NCBI RefSeq assembly: GCF_024521635.1
Contig: NW_026250440.1
Span: forward strand, 62,001-126,000
Direction: 5' to 3'
Source of the DNA: Tricharina praecox
Taxonomy: Eukaryota
DNA: 64,000 nt
Shown here piece by piece: positions 35,038 to 49,532 of the stretch (position 1 is its first letter; each line of letters begins with the position of its first letter). A program made the position numbers and the translations under genes. The notes below the pieces were generated by a model, which searched no databases, was not told the origin of the DNA, and saw only the letters and a program-made list of their open reading frames with translations.

Positions 35038-36548
35038 GTTGGCACGTGATTCGACGAGGGTAGCGTTGTCGGAGAGGATGAGGTTGTTCGGCTGCAGAAG
35101 GAAATCTTGGTCCTGATCCTGAGAATAAGCGGGTGGGTCAGCGGGATGGGCGTCAAGGTGGGTTTTTATACTGGGGCAGTCTGCAGCGGATGGTGAGGTG
35201 AAGAGAAGCAATGCCAAGATGACGACTGCGGAGTAGAGGGGGACCATTGAAAGCATGGCCAGTGCAGCCGAGGGAGACGAGGGGAGAGGGAGGATTAAGG
35301 ACGGGGGGCAGAACATAAATAGAAGGGAGGTATAATCCACACCTGTAGAGCTGTTGCTGCGGGTGTGTAGTAAATTGAAGGTACGACCAGGCCTAGGTGC
35401 TTGGTGAGACAAAGAGGTCGTGACAGCACGTCCGTTCGATTCGCTATTCGGCTTGTAGAATTGAGTGCTGAGCTCGGTATATATTGCGGGACTTCTAGAT
35501 TCTATCCAGTCGGCTTTCCTGATGATGCTCTCCCCTTCTTGATGAGGATGTGGTTGAATGGTTATTGCACAAAACTACCCCGCTAGCTGGCGCCCGGTCA
35601 TCAAGGGAGCAGAAAAGAGCCGCTATGTACCCAGCTAGCGCAGCTGCAGGTTTCCCCACAGTCATCCTGCAGATGATCATGAGAGTGTGTAATCATCCTC
35701 GTATTTACCAAAGATTTCCTGCTCCCGGCTCCAAAGGATGCTTTGCATAAATCCAAAGCTTCACTCTCACAGCTCGGCGATCCCATTCCGAAGCTCGAAG
35801 CTCCTCGGGTGTGATGCTTGCGGCCAGGGGGTTTTCCATTTCCCGGCCTAGTTACCCCCTTCATGCTGTCCAGGTCGAGCTCGCCTGTCCAAGCGATCCG
35901 GTGATACTCGTTCCATAACTTCAAGCGACATACACGTCTACCGAAAAGCAGAGGTGTAGAGAGTACAGAATGACTTCATACCACTTGCGTATTGGCATCC
36001 CGACACATGAACGGTGATCACCCGCCAGGATCACACCTGAGCACCCGCCATCCAGCCAATCCTCCAGCCCGTCCAACAGCTTATAGAGCTTCGCCGTGGA
36101 CAAGAACGGGGAAGAAGTGTATACCGCCATAGTCTAGACGGGTTACAAGCAACCAATAACGAAACAACGATAAGTTTGCAGTACTTCAACAAGCAAACGT
36201 GTTGTGCACAGGAATTTTGCATCACATATCGTCAACCATATCCATTGTACGTACGTCATTAAGGCCATGGCCCACCCACCCACCCCACCCACCCATCCTT
36301 ATGACTCCAGCGGCGACAAAGCAGGAGGTTCTTAAGTATAACGGCGGCGTCAAAAGCACGCAGAAAAGGGAACAAGGAAGAAAAGAAAGAAAAAAGTAAA
36401 ACACCGTGGAAGATTGCTTATAACAGTAACAGGGAAGACGTGAAGACATGACGTAAACCGGGGGAAAAAAATTATGAATGATTCGGAAAGAAGAAAGCCC
36501 TTATCCCTCCTCATCATATCCTTTCTTTCTCTCTTTCCTTCTCCAGCA

Positions 36549-37700
<1,152 letters not shown>

Positions 37701-38123
37701 GGCTGTTGTTGTGCTGGATGGGATGTAAATGCGATGGGTGTTTTTGAGACGAATGAGAGAGCTTTTCGATGAAGTGGCTGGGCTTGAGAATGTTGGTTAG
37801 GGAGGTTTCGAAGGGGAAAGGGCTGGGTTGGTTTGAGATGGTTGAATCGGGGAAGGGAAGGTAGAGTAGGTACAGCGGAGTGGAAGTTGATGATCCCTCT
37901 CCTAAACAATTTGGGTTAGCGGCCCCTTGTCTTGGCTGGTTGCCAAGGGCGAGTGATCTCCAATGAATACGTGTGATGAAACGCCTTTCGCAACATAGTA
38001 CAAAAAGTGCGAAGAATGAAGTTTAAGGGACAGTACGGATAGATTTCTCTTCCGCTTCCAGCCCAACTACCAGTTAACCAGGGCTGAAATTTTATCGGTG
38101 AAAAATATCTTGTGATACATCCC

Positions 38124-39934
38124 TTACTGACTATGACTCCTCAAGTTTCCCTTAGGCTTGCGTGGTCTTACGTGGACCTTCAGTAGACCCTTCGAATGGA
38201 TAACCCCATGATCAACCCACTCCATAGTCCTCTCATCCGTTTCAAACAGCTCCATTTCAAACCTGCCAAACAATGTAGCAAGCACCAGAAACAACTCAGC
38301 GTACGCCAAACTGCCCAGAGGTTAGCCTTACTCAAAACGGCCTCAAGATGAAGAAAGAGCTCACTTGGTTCCCAGACAGGCTCTAGCACCCTTCGAGAAG
38401 CAAACGAGAAACTTGTCATGCCCCTTAGCGTCCCCGAGCCACCGCTCCGGAAGGAACTCCTTCGGCCGGGGGAAGATCGTGGCGTCGTGAAGAACCGTGT
38501 AGTGGCTTACGCCGACGATCGTTCCAGGGGGAATGTATTGCCCCGTAGAGAGGATGTAGCCATATTCTTTCGGTGCCACCCGTGGGAGCTTTCCGGGGAT
38601 GATGGTTGCGAGCCGGAGGGACTCCTTTATCACGCCGGACTAAACATATCATATCAACCAGCCGCAACCCTGATTAATAGAATGAATGAAACATACGAAA
38701 TACGGTAGATTTTCTAGCATAGCAAGTTTCATCTGACCGTTCCCATCTACATTTAGCACAACGGTATCAAGCTCATCCAGCAGTTTTTTGTGCACCAAGG
38801 GATCCCGCAGGACATAATACGTCGCATAAGTAAGCGCCATAGCTGTGGTTTCCGTCCCAGCAAAGAATATAAACATCCCCTCGGCGATAATCTGATCTCG
38901 CGGGACAGGAGGTGCACCGTTGGGAGGATTCATAAGCGCATCGAACACGGTAGCTGACTTCGCCTTCACGTCCCTTCCGGCGAGGCCATCGACAACTGAT
39001 GTCATCATCTATCCTCACATCAGCCCAAGACTTCCAGTCAGAGGTGGGCGGAGAGGCAAACTGCCAAAACTTCTCCCAAGCTCGAATCCCATCCCCACCC
39101 CGCCAGTAGTGGGAAATGTTTATTCAGCGCCTGCGCCTTCGCGCTGCGTCTGATCATATCCACATACCTCGACCGAAAATCCTTCACATCTAGCAGCCCG
39201 AGACTTGCACCAAAGGCATACTCGCAGATAAAGTCCGCAGTAAGGCAATGAAACGCGTCTTGTAACGGTACTGGCTTGCCAGAGGCCGCATAACCGTTCA
39301 GCAGTGTCGAGAACTTTTCAATCGTCGTTGACATCTGTGGTCCGAGGGAGGCGATAGTGCGTTTTGAAAAGAACGGGTTTAACAGCTCGCGCCGCTGACG
39401 GGACGAGTACTGATCTATGATGGTCACTGAAGAGTGTGTGATCCCTAGCCCGCCGTAGAAGGCTGGATCCTTTCGGTACTTTGTGTTTTGCTTGTAGACC
39501 CTGGGACATGAGGTATCAGTCGGGCCAGCTCGGCATTGGCGTGTGGGTAAGTTTGTACTCGTGGTAAAAGCTTAAGTCAGAGATATGAAGCTCGCGAGGA
39601 CTTATTCGGACCACAGGCCCTGTATAATAGGAAGATTCATAAACAAGTATGTAATGGGGCAAATATGATAGGGCATCGTACCATATTTGATGTGCATCTC
39701 CGGAAGTCGCAGAACGTACTGTCCGTCTTTGATGAGCTCGAAGTAGCATTCGTACCACGATGTTGCAGCTGCCAATCGCGGGCCAGGAAATCCGGACAAT
39801 GGATGGAAGTACAGGCGGTAAACCACCAGCAGGATCCACCAGAGGATAACGGCGGTACATATCATCAAAAGCATCCGCAAAGAAGAGCCAGTAGCGCCCT
39901 GGAGGATAGGATGAAGGAGAGTTGGATTTGCCAT
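38124..39934 (-). CDS. Cytochrome P450 monooxygenase (resembles trichodiene-oxygenase/CYP58-like fungal P450s); exons 39934-39682, 39619-39559, 39500-39062, 39008-38697, 38639-38365, 38310-38124
   Basis: N-terminal TM anchor with [19 protein letters not shown]-helix AGTETTA, ExxR (KESLR), PERW and heme motif [10 protein letters not shown]. Confidence 0.93.
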
Positions 39935-40329
39935 AGCTGCAGCTGTAGCAATACGGAAGGCAAGGAGTGTGAAGCATGGGACATTGAGGTTATAAACTGC
40001 CAGCTGTGAGCCTGTGACAGTGAGGGGATGCAAATCTCGAGGCTGCAAACGCCACGCAGGTTGCATGCAAAGTGTCAACCGGCGATGAATGAGTATCTCC
40101 CACAGAGAATCATGATCTATTTTAGACTCTTGCTGGAGAGCATAAAGGAAAGCGTAGCACAAAAGATTTACGCTGCAGGTGCCCTCCTTTCGCCCTATCA
40201 AAAGCTTTGGTGGCGTACTTCCCTTTCCAAGAAGAGAAGATTGCTGCAACTACTGGACTCGGAAAATAAATAACTCTACTGTGTGCCTCGAATCCGTTTC
40301 CCTAGCAGTAGCCGTCAGAACTGAACGTT

Positions 40330-41659
40330 TCAGGAAGCGGCTTGGATGAATCGCATACCTAAATCGATATACCTGCCTTTCCTCATTGGATCGAGCGACT
40401 CCAATGACTCTAGCCATTCCAGTATTTGCTGGTTTTCTGCCGCCTCGTCTACTTCCTCCTCATTCTCGTCGTCATCTTCATCACGGGGTTCTTTCCTCAG
40501 CCCCTGAAGTAGTTGTACATATAGCACCAGAGCTTTCAAGATATATCTGGCTATTAAAGCGTTAGCTCTACGGTCCTCAAACAGCGCTACGGAAGAACTT
40601 GCAGTCAGAGTGCTCTCCCAATAGATCCTTCAACCACTCGAGTTCATGCTCCACCAAGGCTATCCTCGTTCCCCGGGGCATCTTTGGTGCGATCGAAGTT
40701 TCGTCCCTCGCCGACACCAGCCATCGATGATAATACCACAGACTTTGATCCTCCGGATCCGTTGTAATAGCGCTCTGCAGCAATTCAAGCTCTGTCACCT
40801 CGTCAGCGCCAGTCAATACTGATTCGTAAACCAGACCCACCATCCTCCAGGACGTCCATCCTCTCCTGCTCATCCTTGTTTTCCTCTGCAAGAAGCCGGG
40901 GGTACAGAGCCCCCCTCTGATGCCATGCCGAGTAGTTCGTCATTCCACCCACACCACGAACCATCCTCTTCGTGTACTCGAATTCCTCCTTCACCATGCT
41001 CTTATACCCGCCCTCGGCCGGATTCTCGATATTCGCAACTACAATCCGGCGGTAAAACCAGCCATGGAAGTTCCGCATATCCCTCGTCAACATGACACCT
41101 ACGAGGTCCATCTCCTTGGCCCAGAACCTCGTAGCATCCGCCGGCTTCAGGAGTGTACCCGCTTGCTGTAGAGTCCACAGTCGGTGGTTCCAGATCCAAT
41201 AGCATTTCGGGTATGCCATTAGCAGCGGTATGAGGAACCCTAGCTCCTCCTTCAGCTGAGCTACCAGTCGAGCTGTGTCCTGTGGATCCGCATCATCGGT
41301 GTTTACGCTCTGCGCAAGGTGCGTGTGGAGGAGGATTTGCCGGCGGTAGTTCCATATCGTGTAGAACTCAGGGTTTATTTTTAAGACTTTCGAGGTGAGC
41401 TCGAGAGCGGCTGGGGTGTAGTCGTTAGAGGATCTCTAGAGCTGTCGTCAGCTCGGATTTTAGTTGCGGGACAATAGCCAGGCGAACTACCTTCTGCTGT
41501 GTCTCTTCGACGAGAGCCCGATAGTCTTTGAGCTTCTTGCGTTCTTTCTCTTTTACCTCCTCATTCCGTGACTTGTGATACTCCGTACGACTAATTCCGT
41601 GCTGTAAGCGAGTCAGTTGAGGGTTGATGGTGGTAGATTTGACGACGTACACTGGCCAT
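40330..41659 (-). CDS. BET4: Rab geranylgeranyltransferase (GGTase II) alpha subunit; exons 41659-41651, 41601-41491, 41435-40841, 40791-40603, 40550-40330
   Basis: MASHGISR start; PPTA repeats NPEFYTIWNYRR, PKCYWIWNHR, RNFHGWFYRR, NYSAWHQR, DPEDQSLWYYHRW; C-terminal DPMRKGRY. Confidence 0.93.
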
Positions 41660-41808
41660 GGCGGGTGGTGGGGTTGGTGATGGTGATGGGGTTGGTGGGG
41701 TTGGAGAGGCAACGCGGTGGTGATTAACGCTATTTCTATCGCGAACATCACCTCCATATCTAGAACCATAGCTCACCCACAACACAACACCCACCCACAA
41801 CAACAACA

Positions 41809-42526
41809 ATGTCGACAACCACACCCATCGCCCCCTCCTCTGCCAACCACCAGCGCTCTACCTCGCGTCCGGGATCGCGGCCAACCACACCCCTCCGCCG
41901 CTCTGCCTCTCGCAATTCGGTCCGCCAAGTCTCCGGCGAAGCCTTCCCACTCAACGCCCTTGAACCACAGTTTCAAGAGCTATCGGACTCGCTGGTGACG
42001 CTGGAAGCAAACTTCAGGGACTTCCAGGTCATGCACGAGAGTATATCGCGATTCAACGAGAGTTTTGCGGGTTTCCTGTACGGTCTCAACGTCAACGCCT
42101 ACTGTGTCGAGTTTCCGGAGGCACCCGAGGGCCCGGAGAGTTTTGCGAGGATCGCGAGGAAGGATGCTGAGGAGGGTTTGTTGCACCATACTACATGGGG
42201 AGGGAGGTAACACTGATGTGCTGTTTGTATAAAGGACCGGGCCCATCGCAATATTCGAGAAGGAAAAGTGACTGCGGGGATGTTGGGGATATGACTTTTA
42301 TGTGGGATACTGCGCCGACGAGATTGCAATTATCTGGTCTGGCGGCTGACGAGAGTACAGGACGACGGATTCGTTTGTTGCAGAGCCACAGGCTCCCCCG
42401 CCTACTCAGCCGACTCCAGTGCGCCGAGCGCCGGCGGTGAGGGGTGGTGGCCGTGGTCGTGGGCAGCCACCACGGGGTGGAGGCGGCATTCCGAGGGGGC
42501 GGGGCAGTGGGTTTTCTTACCGCTAA
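41809..42526 (+). CDS. DAM1: DASH/Dam1 kinetochore complex subunit Dam1; exons 41809-42175, 42235-42301, 42361-42526
   Basis: RPTTPLR, FQELSDSLVTLEANF, MHESISRFNESFAGFLYGLNVNAYCVEFPEAP, DMTFMTTDSFV and RG-rich tail. Confidence 0.92.
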
Positions 42527-42674
42527 TGGGTCACTTGCGGTACACGATGCGAATAGATATTGGGACTCTGCAACCCCACTACGATGGACTACGATCGCGC
42601 TGAAAGCTTTGTTATTCGCAATATGCCGGGGTTGGAGCTCTGACCACCTTCCCGTGAATGACCAGTATCCTATC

Positions 42675-43290
42675 CTACTTCCCCTCCACCTCCTTCCTCC
42701 AAACGAAAACCTCAACTGTACTGTTGGTCCTCACATGCATATCGGCCACCTCCTCATCCTCCCCGTTTTTCTCCCCCTCGCCTACCGCCTCCTTCCCATT
42801 CACCACTTCTTCTAGCGCATCCACAACATCGTCCACAATCTTGATACTCCCAGTAGTAACCCTCACCTCACAGCCCATATCCATAAACTTCGTCCCCAGG
42901 ATAACCGCATTCGTAATCCCCTTTCCGGTCGCCTTTAGTGTAACTCCTTCCTGGGGTTTCTTCCCAAGCTTTTGCCGCTTGTTACTATTTCCGCGGCGGG
43001 AGGTGCCGGCGTTGGCGGCGAACGCGTTCAGCTGCTTGTTGACGCGCTTGATGATCGCTGCGTGCGAGGAACTGGCGGATATGTAGAATACTTTTGGTTC
43101 TGCGGATGAGGCGGAGGAGATCGGTGGGTGGAGGAGGGGACGCTTTTGGAGGGTTTTTGCTATGAAGAGTGGGGGTTAGTTGAGGTGGATGGAGACGGAC
43201 GGGAGAGGGTTTACTCGAAGGAAGCGCGGGCCGTGGGGCGCGCGGAACTCGGGTGTAGATTAGCGGCATGGATTCGGTGGAGGTGGACAT
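42675..43290 (-). CDS. POP7: RNase P/MRP subunit Pop7 (Rpp20, Alba fold); exons 43290-43215, 43159-42675
   Basis: One intron (GTAAAC..CTAAC..TAG) joins KRPLLHPPI, VFYISASS..AIIKRVNKQL, VTLKATGKGI, VRVTTGSIKIVDDV and RTNSTVEV. Confidence 0.85.
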
Positions 43291-43567
43291 TTTGCCAGCA
43301 GGTGTAAGTATGTGTAAATGAAAGAAGTTATGGAGGAGAGAAAAGGCGGAAATAACGCCCCATCGATTGCGAGCAAAGGTTGTGGATGGGGTTAGTTTAA
43401 CGTTATGGCTTGGTGGGGGATTCTACGCGTACATAGCTGTAACGACATCACCTCACCTTACTCTACAAGGGTCCATTCTGGTCCGCAGGTCACCTGGATC
43501 TGTCACCTCCGTGCCTCAAGAGTCAACACCGTCCCTCACCTCCACGATCACAACCAAAATCATCGTG

Positions 43568-44356
43568 ATGTCCGTCCTGCCCACTCACAACCCTCCTGTC
43601 GCGTCCTCATCATCCAGCGCAGCATCCGCTGTACTGACCCTAACCATCCGCTTCACGACCGGCGACGGCGACTTGATCCTCCCCCTCCCGGCCCCACAGT
43701 CGAGCACAACCCACACAATAAAGCAGCACATCCGGCAATCACGACCGACGCTCTCGAGCCGCAAGCTCCGCCTAATCCACGCCGGCAAAGTTCTCCCCGA
43801 TGGTCCAGCGCTGTCCACGCTCCTCCCCCATAACAACCCCAGCATCTTCATCCACTGCTCTGTTGGCGAACCTCTATCACCCGATGAGCTGGCAACCGAA
43901 GAGTCTCCTCTGATCCCTCCTGAGGGGCTGGGGGCAGAAGCGTCCTACACTCAACAGCAGCAGCAACAGCAGCAGCAGCAATCTACACTTCCCGCGCAGC
44001 TCGGCTTCGACCGTCTGTTGACGCAGGGGTTTAGTGAAGGCGAGGTCGCTGCGCTGCGGGCGCAGTTCGCAAGGTTGAACCCAGATGTGGATGTTAACGG
44101 TGCCGAGGATGTCAGAGCGCTTGAGGATCGGTGGATCGATGAGAGCGTGGGGCAGGGACAGGAGGTGGTAGGGGGAGCAGGAGGCGGCGCCGGGACGTAC
44201 GAGGATATGCTTCTCGGCACGGCTATTGGGTTCTTTTGGCCCGCTACGATTTGGTTGGCTAGGGAAGAGGGTGTGTTTACGCAGAGAAGGAGGTATGCTG
44301 TCTTTGCAGGGCTGTGTGTTAATCTGTTCTTTGGAGTAGTGAGAGTATTTGGATAG
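43568..44356 (+). CDS. DSC3: Dsc E3 ubiquitin ligase complex subunit 3 (ubiquitin-like N-terminus, C-terminal TM hairpin), single exon
   Basis: LTIRF, LRLIHAGK, FIHCSVG, GFDRLLTQGFSEGEVAALRAQF, LEDRWID, DMLLGTAIGFFWP. Confidence 0.88.
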   Translation: MSVLPTHNPPVASSSSSAASAVLTLTIRFTTGDGDLILPLPAPQSSTTHTIKQHIRQSRPTLSSRKLRLIHAGKVLPDGPALSTLLPHNNPSIFIHCSVGEPLSPDELATEESPLIPPEGLGAEASYTQQQQQQQQQQSTLPAQLGFDRLLTQGFSEGEVAALRAQFARLNPDVDVNGAEDVRALEDRWIDESVGQGQEVVGGAGGGAGTYEDMLLGTAIGFFWPATIWLAREEGVFTQRRRYAVFAGLCVNLFFGVVRVFG

Positions 44357-44657
44357 GGAGGATTGATATATTGGCGTACGGAGTTGTGCTTTGTTAGATT
44401 TTACAATGATATCCTTTGAGAGCGTACAGGATGAAACGATAGGTATGGGAAATTATGGACAGCCAATTGTCGGATATCGACGTAGTATACTAGACCGTAT
44501 CCTCACTTCAAGGCCGTACACGTCCGCCGTGCTAGAAACTATTGACAGTCTATAATGACATCACCCCCTGATCCGATCCATCCGTCCCGCTGCGACAAAA
44601 CCGCCGATTGACTACCTCCCATCGCACAAAAAGAAATCGGGCAACGAGGTTGAGCAT

Positions 44658-45476
44658 TTACAAAGCGTCGGTCAACATCTTATTGAGTTTGGCGACCTTG
44701 GAGGAGATGGACAGATCGATGGTCCGGTCACCAACCTCGACAACAAGGCCTCCGATGATGGAGGGATCAACCTGAGGTTTGGTTAATCCGAGTTTCTTAA
44801 AGGATGACTGCAGAGTGAAGAACAAACCTTGTTGGTGGTCTTCAGCTTCTTGCCAGCTCCGATGAGCGGCGATTTGGAGATGGCGGCCTCCAACTTGCTC
44901 ACGGTCTTCGCATCCAATTGCTGTTGTCCCGTCAGTCACTCATGACGTCTAAAACATACAGCACCATCACTTACAGTAGCGGAAGTGATGATGGCCTCGA
45001 TCTCACCGCGGTGAGCACCCATCAGGACATCGAACTTCTCGACGATACCGCCAACGAGTCCGAGACGGTTGTTCTCGGCCAGAACCTCGAGGAGGTTCTT
45101 GATCGACTTGTCCTGACCAGCAGCCTTCATGACCTCGGCGATGACCAGCTTCTTATCGTCGGTCTTGAGGGTAGGCGAGGCGAGGATGCGGACGAGCTTG
45201 GGGTCCTTGGCGAGGACACCCTTAAGGGACGTGAGCGCCTTGTGGGTAGCATCGAGGCTCGAGGTCTTAGCGGAGGCAGTGTACTGGTGGCTCGGTCAAT
45301 TGCTGTCGGTTTGTTTTTTGTTTTGTGGGGATGGCCGGGCTTACAAGGGCCGATGCGTAGGTTCCGTCAACGCCGAAGAGGGCGACCGGAGGCTTCATCG
45401 ACTTACCCGGGGCGGCGGCAGCGAAGGTGCGGGCACCGGTGCGGGCAACGGAGGCGACGGAGCGGGCAGAGAACAT
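44658..45476 (-). CDS. ATP5: Mitochondrial ATP synthase subunit OSCP; exons 45476-45345, 45283-44975, 44920-44828, 44771-44658
   Basis: Mitochondrial presequence, KPPVALFGVDGTYASALY, LAENNRL, VDPSIIGGLVVEVGDRTIDLS. Confidence 0.96.
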
Positions 45477-46341
45477 GGCGGCGGCGGCTATGTGTACGGA
45501 GGGGAGAGTGCGTGGGGGGTGCGGGTTGATGATGTAGAACTGGGCCTTGATGGATGGGGGGGGGGTCGATCTCGGGAGAAAAGTGATGGGGGACAACCGA
45601 AACAACGAATCGTCAAAGCCGCAGCCAATCAGAAGCGAGGAAAACACGTGACTAGACCCAACATGAGGAGTCGCGATGGAGACGAAGGGACTTTATAACT
45701 CTCTGTTTGCATTCGTCCCTATTCTATCTGAGAATGTAGAGGCAACCAATCTGATTATTCTTTTGAGGAATTGAGGATTAATAGTCGGTTGGTGGGGTCG
45801 CGCGGTGAGGGGGAGAGGAATGTCTCAAGCATTGGCCTTGAGAACGTCACTCGTATAAATGACTTGTGTTTCTTTACAATATTCTCGATGGGAACCAGAA
45901 GTTCTTTTGTATATAAATGACCATGAAGATGAAGCCGTAGATACAAACTGGTGCATAGGGCTTCATCGCTTGTGAGGATCCTCTCCGGTGGTCCTCGCCC
46001 AGTTCTCAGTTCTTCGCACAGCCGCAACACCCCCTAGCACGTCCTTGGCAAATCATCACGACCGCACCCTTGAACCTCAACTCTGGCCTCAAACTTATCT
46101 ACCTAGCAGCCCATCAGCTCCGAGCAATCCCCGCAGATACCCCCCACCACGACTATCCACCGTATCCAGCTGTTCCACCGCCTTCTCGGAACCCTCGAAG
46201 CTCGTTTCCTTAGTCTTGCGGTTTCACAGCCTTAGAAACGAAGCTCTACGACCCCACCATCCATCCCACCACCACCATCACTACCATCACTACCCCTTAA
46301 GCACCCCCGAGTAAACACACCCGGATTGAGTGCAGGACAAG

Positions 46342-49255
46342 ATGCGGTTGGACGTCAAGGTACTCAGAATAGCCTATGAGCAGTAGCTTGGCCAGCAAGC
46401 CAGAGAGCTACTTTTGGAGTTCATCCCCAGCTGATGAGTGTAACACCGCCAGAGACAACTATTCGCCCGCTCGGACCGAGTCAAGGGAATTGATTTCCAT
46501 CCTACGGAGCCATGGGTTCTCACGACCTTATATAGCGGTAAGCGGATTAATTATGTTCCGCGTTTTGTTGCTTGACGGAGAGGGGATTAGAGCGAGAGCT
46601 TCCAGCTGATGCCACCACCCACTCGCCGCAGGTCATGTCTACATCTGGTCCTACGAAACCCAGGCAATCATCAAGACCTTCGAGGTGACGGATGTGCCCG
46701 TACGCGCCGGTCGCTTCATCGCACGTAAGAACTGGTTTGTTGTCGGATCGGACGATTTCCATCTGCGGGTATTCAACTACAACACCTCCGAGAAGATCAC
46801 GGCGTTCGAGGCCCACCCGGACTACATCCGTGCTATCATTGTTCACCCGACACAACCGTTCGTGTTGACCGCCAGCGATGACATGACAATCAAGCTGTGG
46901 GATTGGGACAAAGGCTGGAAGTGTGTGCAAACATTCGAGGGACATAGCCATTATGTGATGAGCTTGGCGATAAACCCTAAGGATACGAACACGTTTGCGT
47001 CGGCATGTCTGGATCGGACAGTGAAGATCTGGAGTTTGGGAGGCAGTGGAGCTGCAAACTTCACATTGGAGGCACACGAGACCAAGGGTACGGGTTATTG
47101 CGGTCTGGATTCAACTGGGATTTGTGCTGACGGAGCGGGCAGGTGTCAACCATGTGGACTACTACCCCGCCGCCGACAAACCCTACATTCTGACCACCTC
47201 CGACGATCGCACCATCAAGGTGTGGGACTACACAACCAAGTCGCTGATCGCTACCCTCGAAGGCCATACATCAAATGTCTCGTTCGCATGCTTTCACCCT
47301 GAGCTCCCGGTTATCATCTCTGGTTCGGAGGACGGAACGGTCAAGATATGGCACGCCAACACTTACAGACTGGAGCAGACTCTGACCTACGGGCTAGAGC
47401 GAGCGTGGTGTGTTTCGTACCAACGGGGGAAGAATGCGCTGGCAATCGGTTTCGATGAGGGATGTGTGGTGGTTAAGATGGGACGGGAAGAGCCCGCGGT
47501 GTCGATGGATCCTAGCGGAAAGATCATTTGGGCAAGACACAACGAGGTTCTGTCGGCCGCTATCAAGCCGAGTGGTAAGTCCTCTGGGTTCCACTGAAGG
47601 TGTCCAGGTGTTGACCTGTTCACAGACACCGGTATCAAGGACAACGAGCCGCTATCCCTCCCGACGAAAGACCTGGGATCGTGCGAAATCTATCCACAGT
47701 CTCTCACACATTCACCAAACGGTCGTTTCGTATCGGTGTGCGGTGACGGTGAATACATCATCTACACCGCTCTGGCCTGGAGAAACAAGGCATTCGGATC
47801 AGCACTGGACTTTGTGTGGGCCGGCAAAGATAACAGCAATGACTACGCCATCCGGGAAAGCCCAGCCAGTGTCAGGCTATTCCGCAATTTCAAGGAGAAG
47901 AGCGGTGGTCTCGATGTCGGTTTCGCTGCGGAGGGTTTGATGGGTGGTGTGCTTCTGGGTGTGCGTGGCGCAGGTGGCGTCGGACTTTTCGACTGGGAGA
48001 CTGGCAGTTTGGTGCGAAGGATCGATGTGGTGCCCAACGACGTGAGTTGTTCATTTACGGCTGCTGGATATGGACCTAACGGGTGCATTTAGATCTACTG
48101 GTCTGAAAGCGGAGAGCTGGTCACTTTGGCTTGCGATGATACATTCTATGTTCTGCGGTTCTCACGGGAAGCCTACATCGAAGCCCTCCAGAACGGAACA
48201 GTTGAGGATGACGGCGTGGAGGCAGCGTTCGAGGTTGTCGTCGACATCAACGAGAGGTATGTTCCCCTGAGCATTACCGTAGTAACCGTCCGTTACTGAC
48301 ATCCATCTTCAGCGTTCGCACCGGAGAATGGGTCGGCGATTGCTTCATTTACACAAACTCCACCAACCGTTTGAACTACCTCGTAGGAGACCAGACCTAC
48401 ACCATCTCGCACTTCGACTCCCCCATGTACCTGCTCGGATACATCCCGCGAGATGGCCGCATCTACCTCGCTGACAAAGATGTAAACGTGATTTCCTACG
48501 GACTGTCCCTGTCGGTAGTCGAGTACCAAACCGTCGTACTACGTGGGGACATGGACGCCGCCGCCGAGCTCCTCGAATCCGTGCCCGAGGACCAGAAGAA
48601 CAAGATTGCGCGCTTCCTCGAAGGCCAAGGCTACAAAGAGCTCGCGCTCGAAGTGGCCACGGATCCGGAGCATCGCTTCGACCTGGCGCTGGCGCTCGGC
48701 AACCTCGAGATCGCCCTCCAACTCGCGCGCGAAGTCGACGCCGAGCACAAATGGAAAACCGTCGGCGACGCCGCTCTGACCGCCTGGAACCTGGTGCTGG
48801 CTGAGGAATGCTTCACGAACGCTAAAGACATCGGCTCGCTACTGCTGCTCCACACCGCCACGGGAAACAGCGCGGGCCTCAAATCCCTCGCCGCGACGAC
48901 AGCCCAGTCCGGCGCTCACAACGTCGCCTTCAGCTGTCTCTGGCAGCTCGGCGATGTCGATGCCTGCGCCGCGCTGCTCGTCAAGACTAACCGCCACGCT
49001 GAGGCCGCGCTGTTCGCGCAGACGTACAAGCCCAGCATTGCCAGCGGCGTTGCCCGCGAGTGGAAAAAGGCCCTGGTCGCGAATAAGAAGCCGAAGATTG
49101 CGGAGGCGGTTGCGGTGCCCGATGATGATGCCGAGCTGTTCCCGAACTGGGAGGAGTACCTCAAGATCGAGAGTCAGGAGGACCTCATCGATGTCAATGA
49201 CGATGAGGATGTGGAGGTGGAGGAGGATGTGGTGAAGGTCGAGGCTGAGGAGTAG
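46342..49255 (+). CDS. SEC27: Coatomer subunit beta-prime; exons 46342-46359, 46453-46537, 46632-47087, 47143-47574, 47626-48041, 48093-48256, 48313-49255
   Basis: [29 protein letters not shown]40 repeats ([19 protein letters not shown]), [32 protein letters not shown]. Confidence 0.97.
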
Positions 49256-49532
49256 TATGTAATGAAATGGAATGGGAAACTTACGGGGTTTAATGTGCTT
49301 TTTTTTCTATATTTGTTTACGATGGCTGGCTGGGGGTTGTGGTCTTTTGTGTTGCTGTTGTTGCTGCTGTAGTTGCGTGTGGATTCAAAAGCGTTTAGAA
49401 TTCGAATTGCGTCTATCCAAGTATTCATCCATCATCCAGCCGAATCTCAATCTCAATCTCAATCTACATAGGACTTTTTACACCCTCCCTCCCTCCCCCC
49501 TCCCCCCCCCCCCACTGCCCCTGGCAGCTTAG

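Noticed and set aside
35601..36130. Two adjacent minus-strand ORFs between the M16 peptidase and Rab11 as a hidden gene
   Set aside because: They are in different frames, no convincing intron joins them, and no domain is recognisable.
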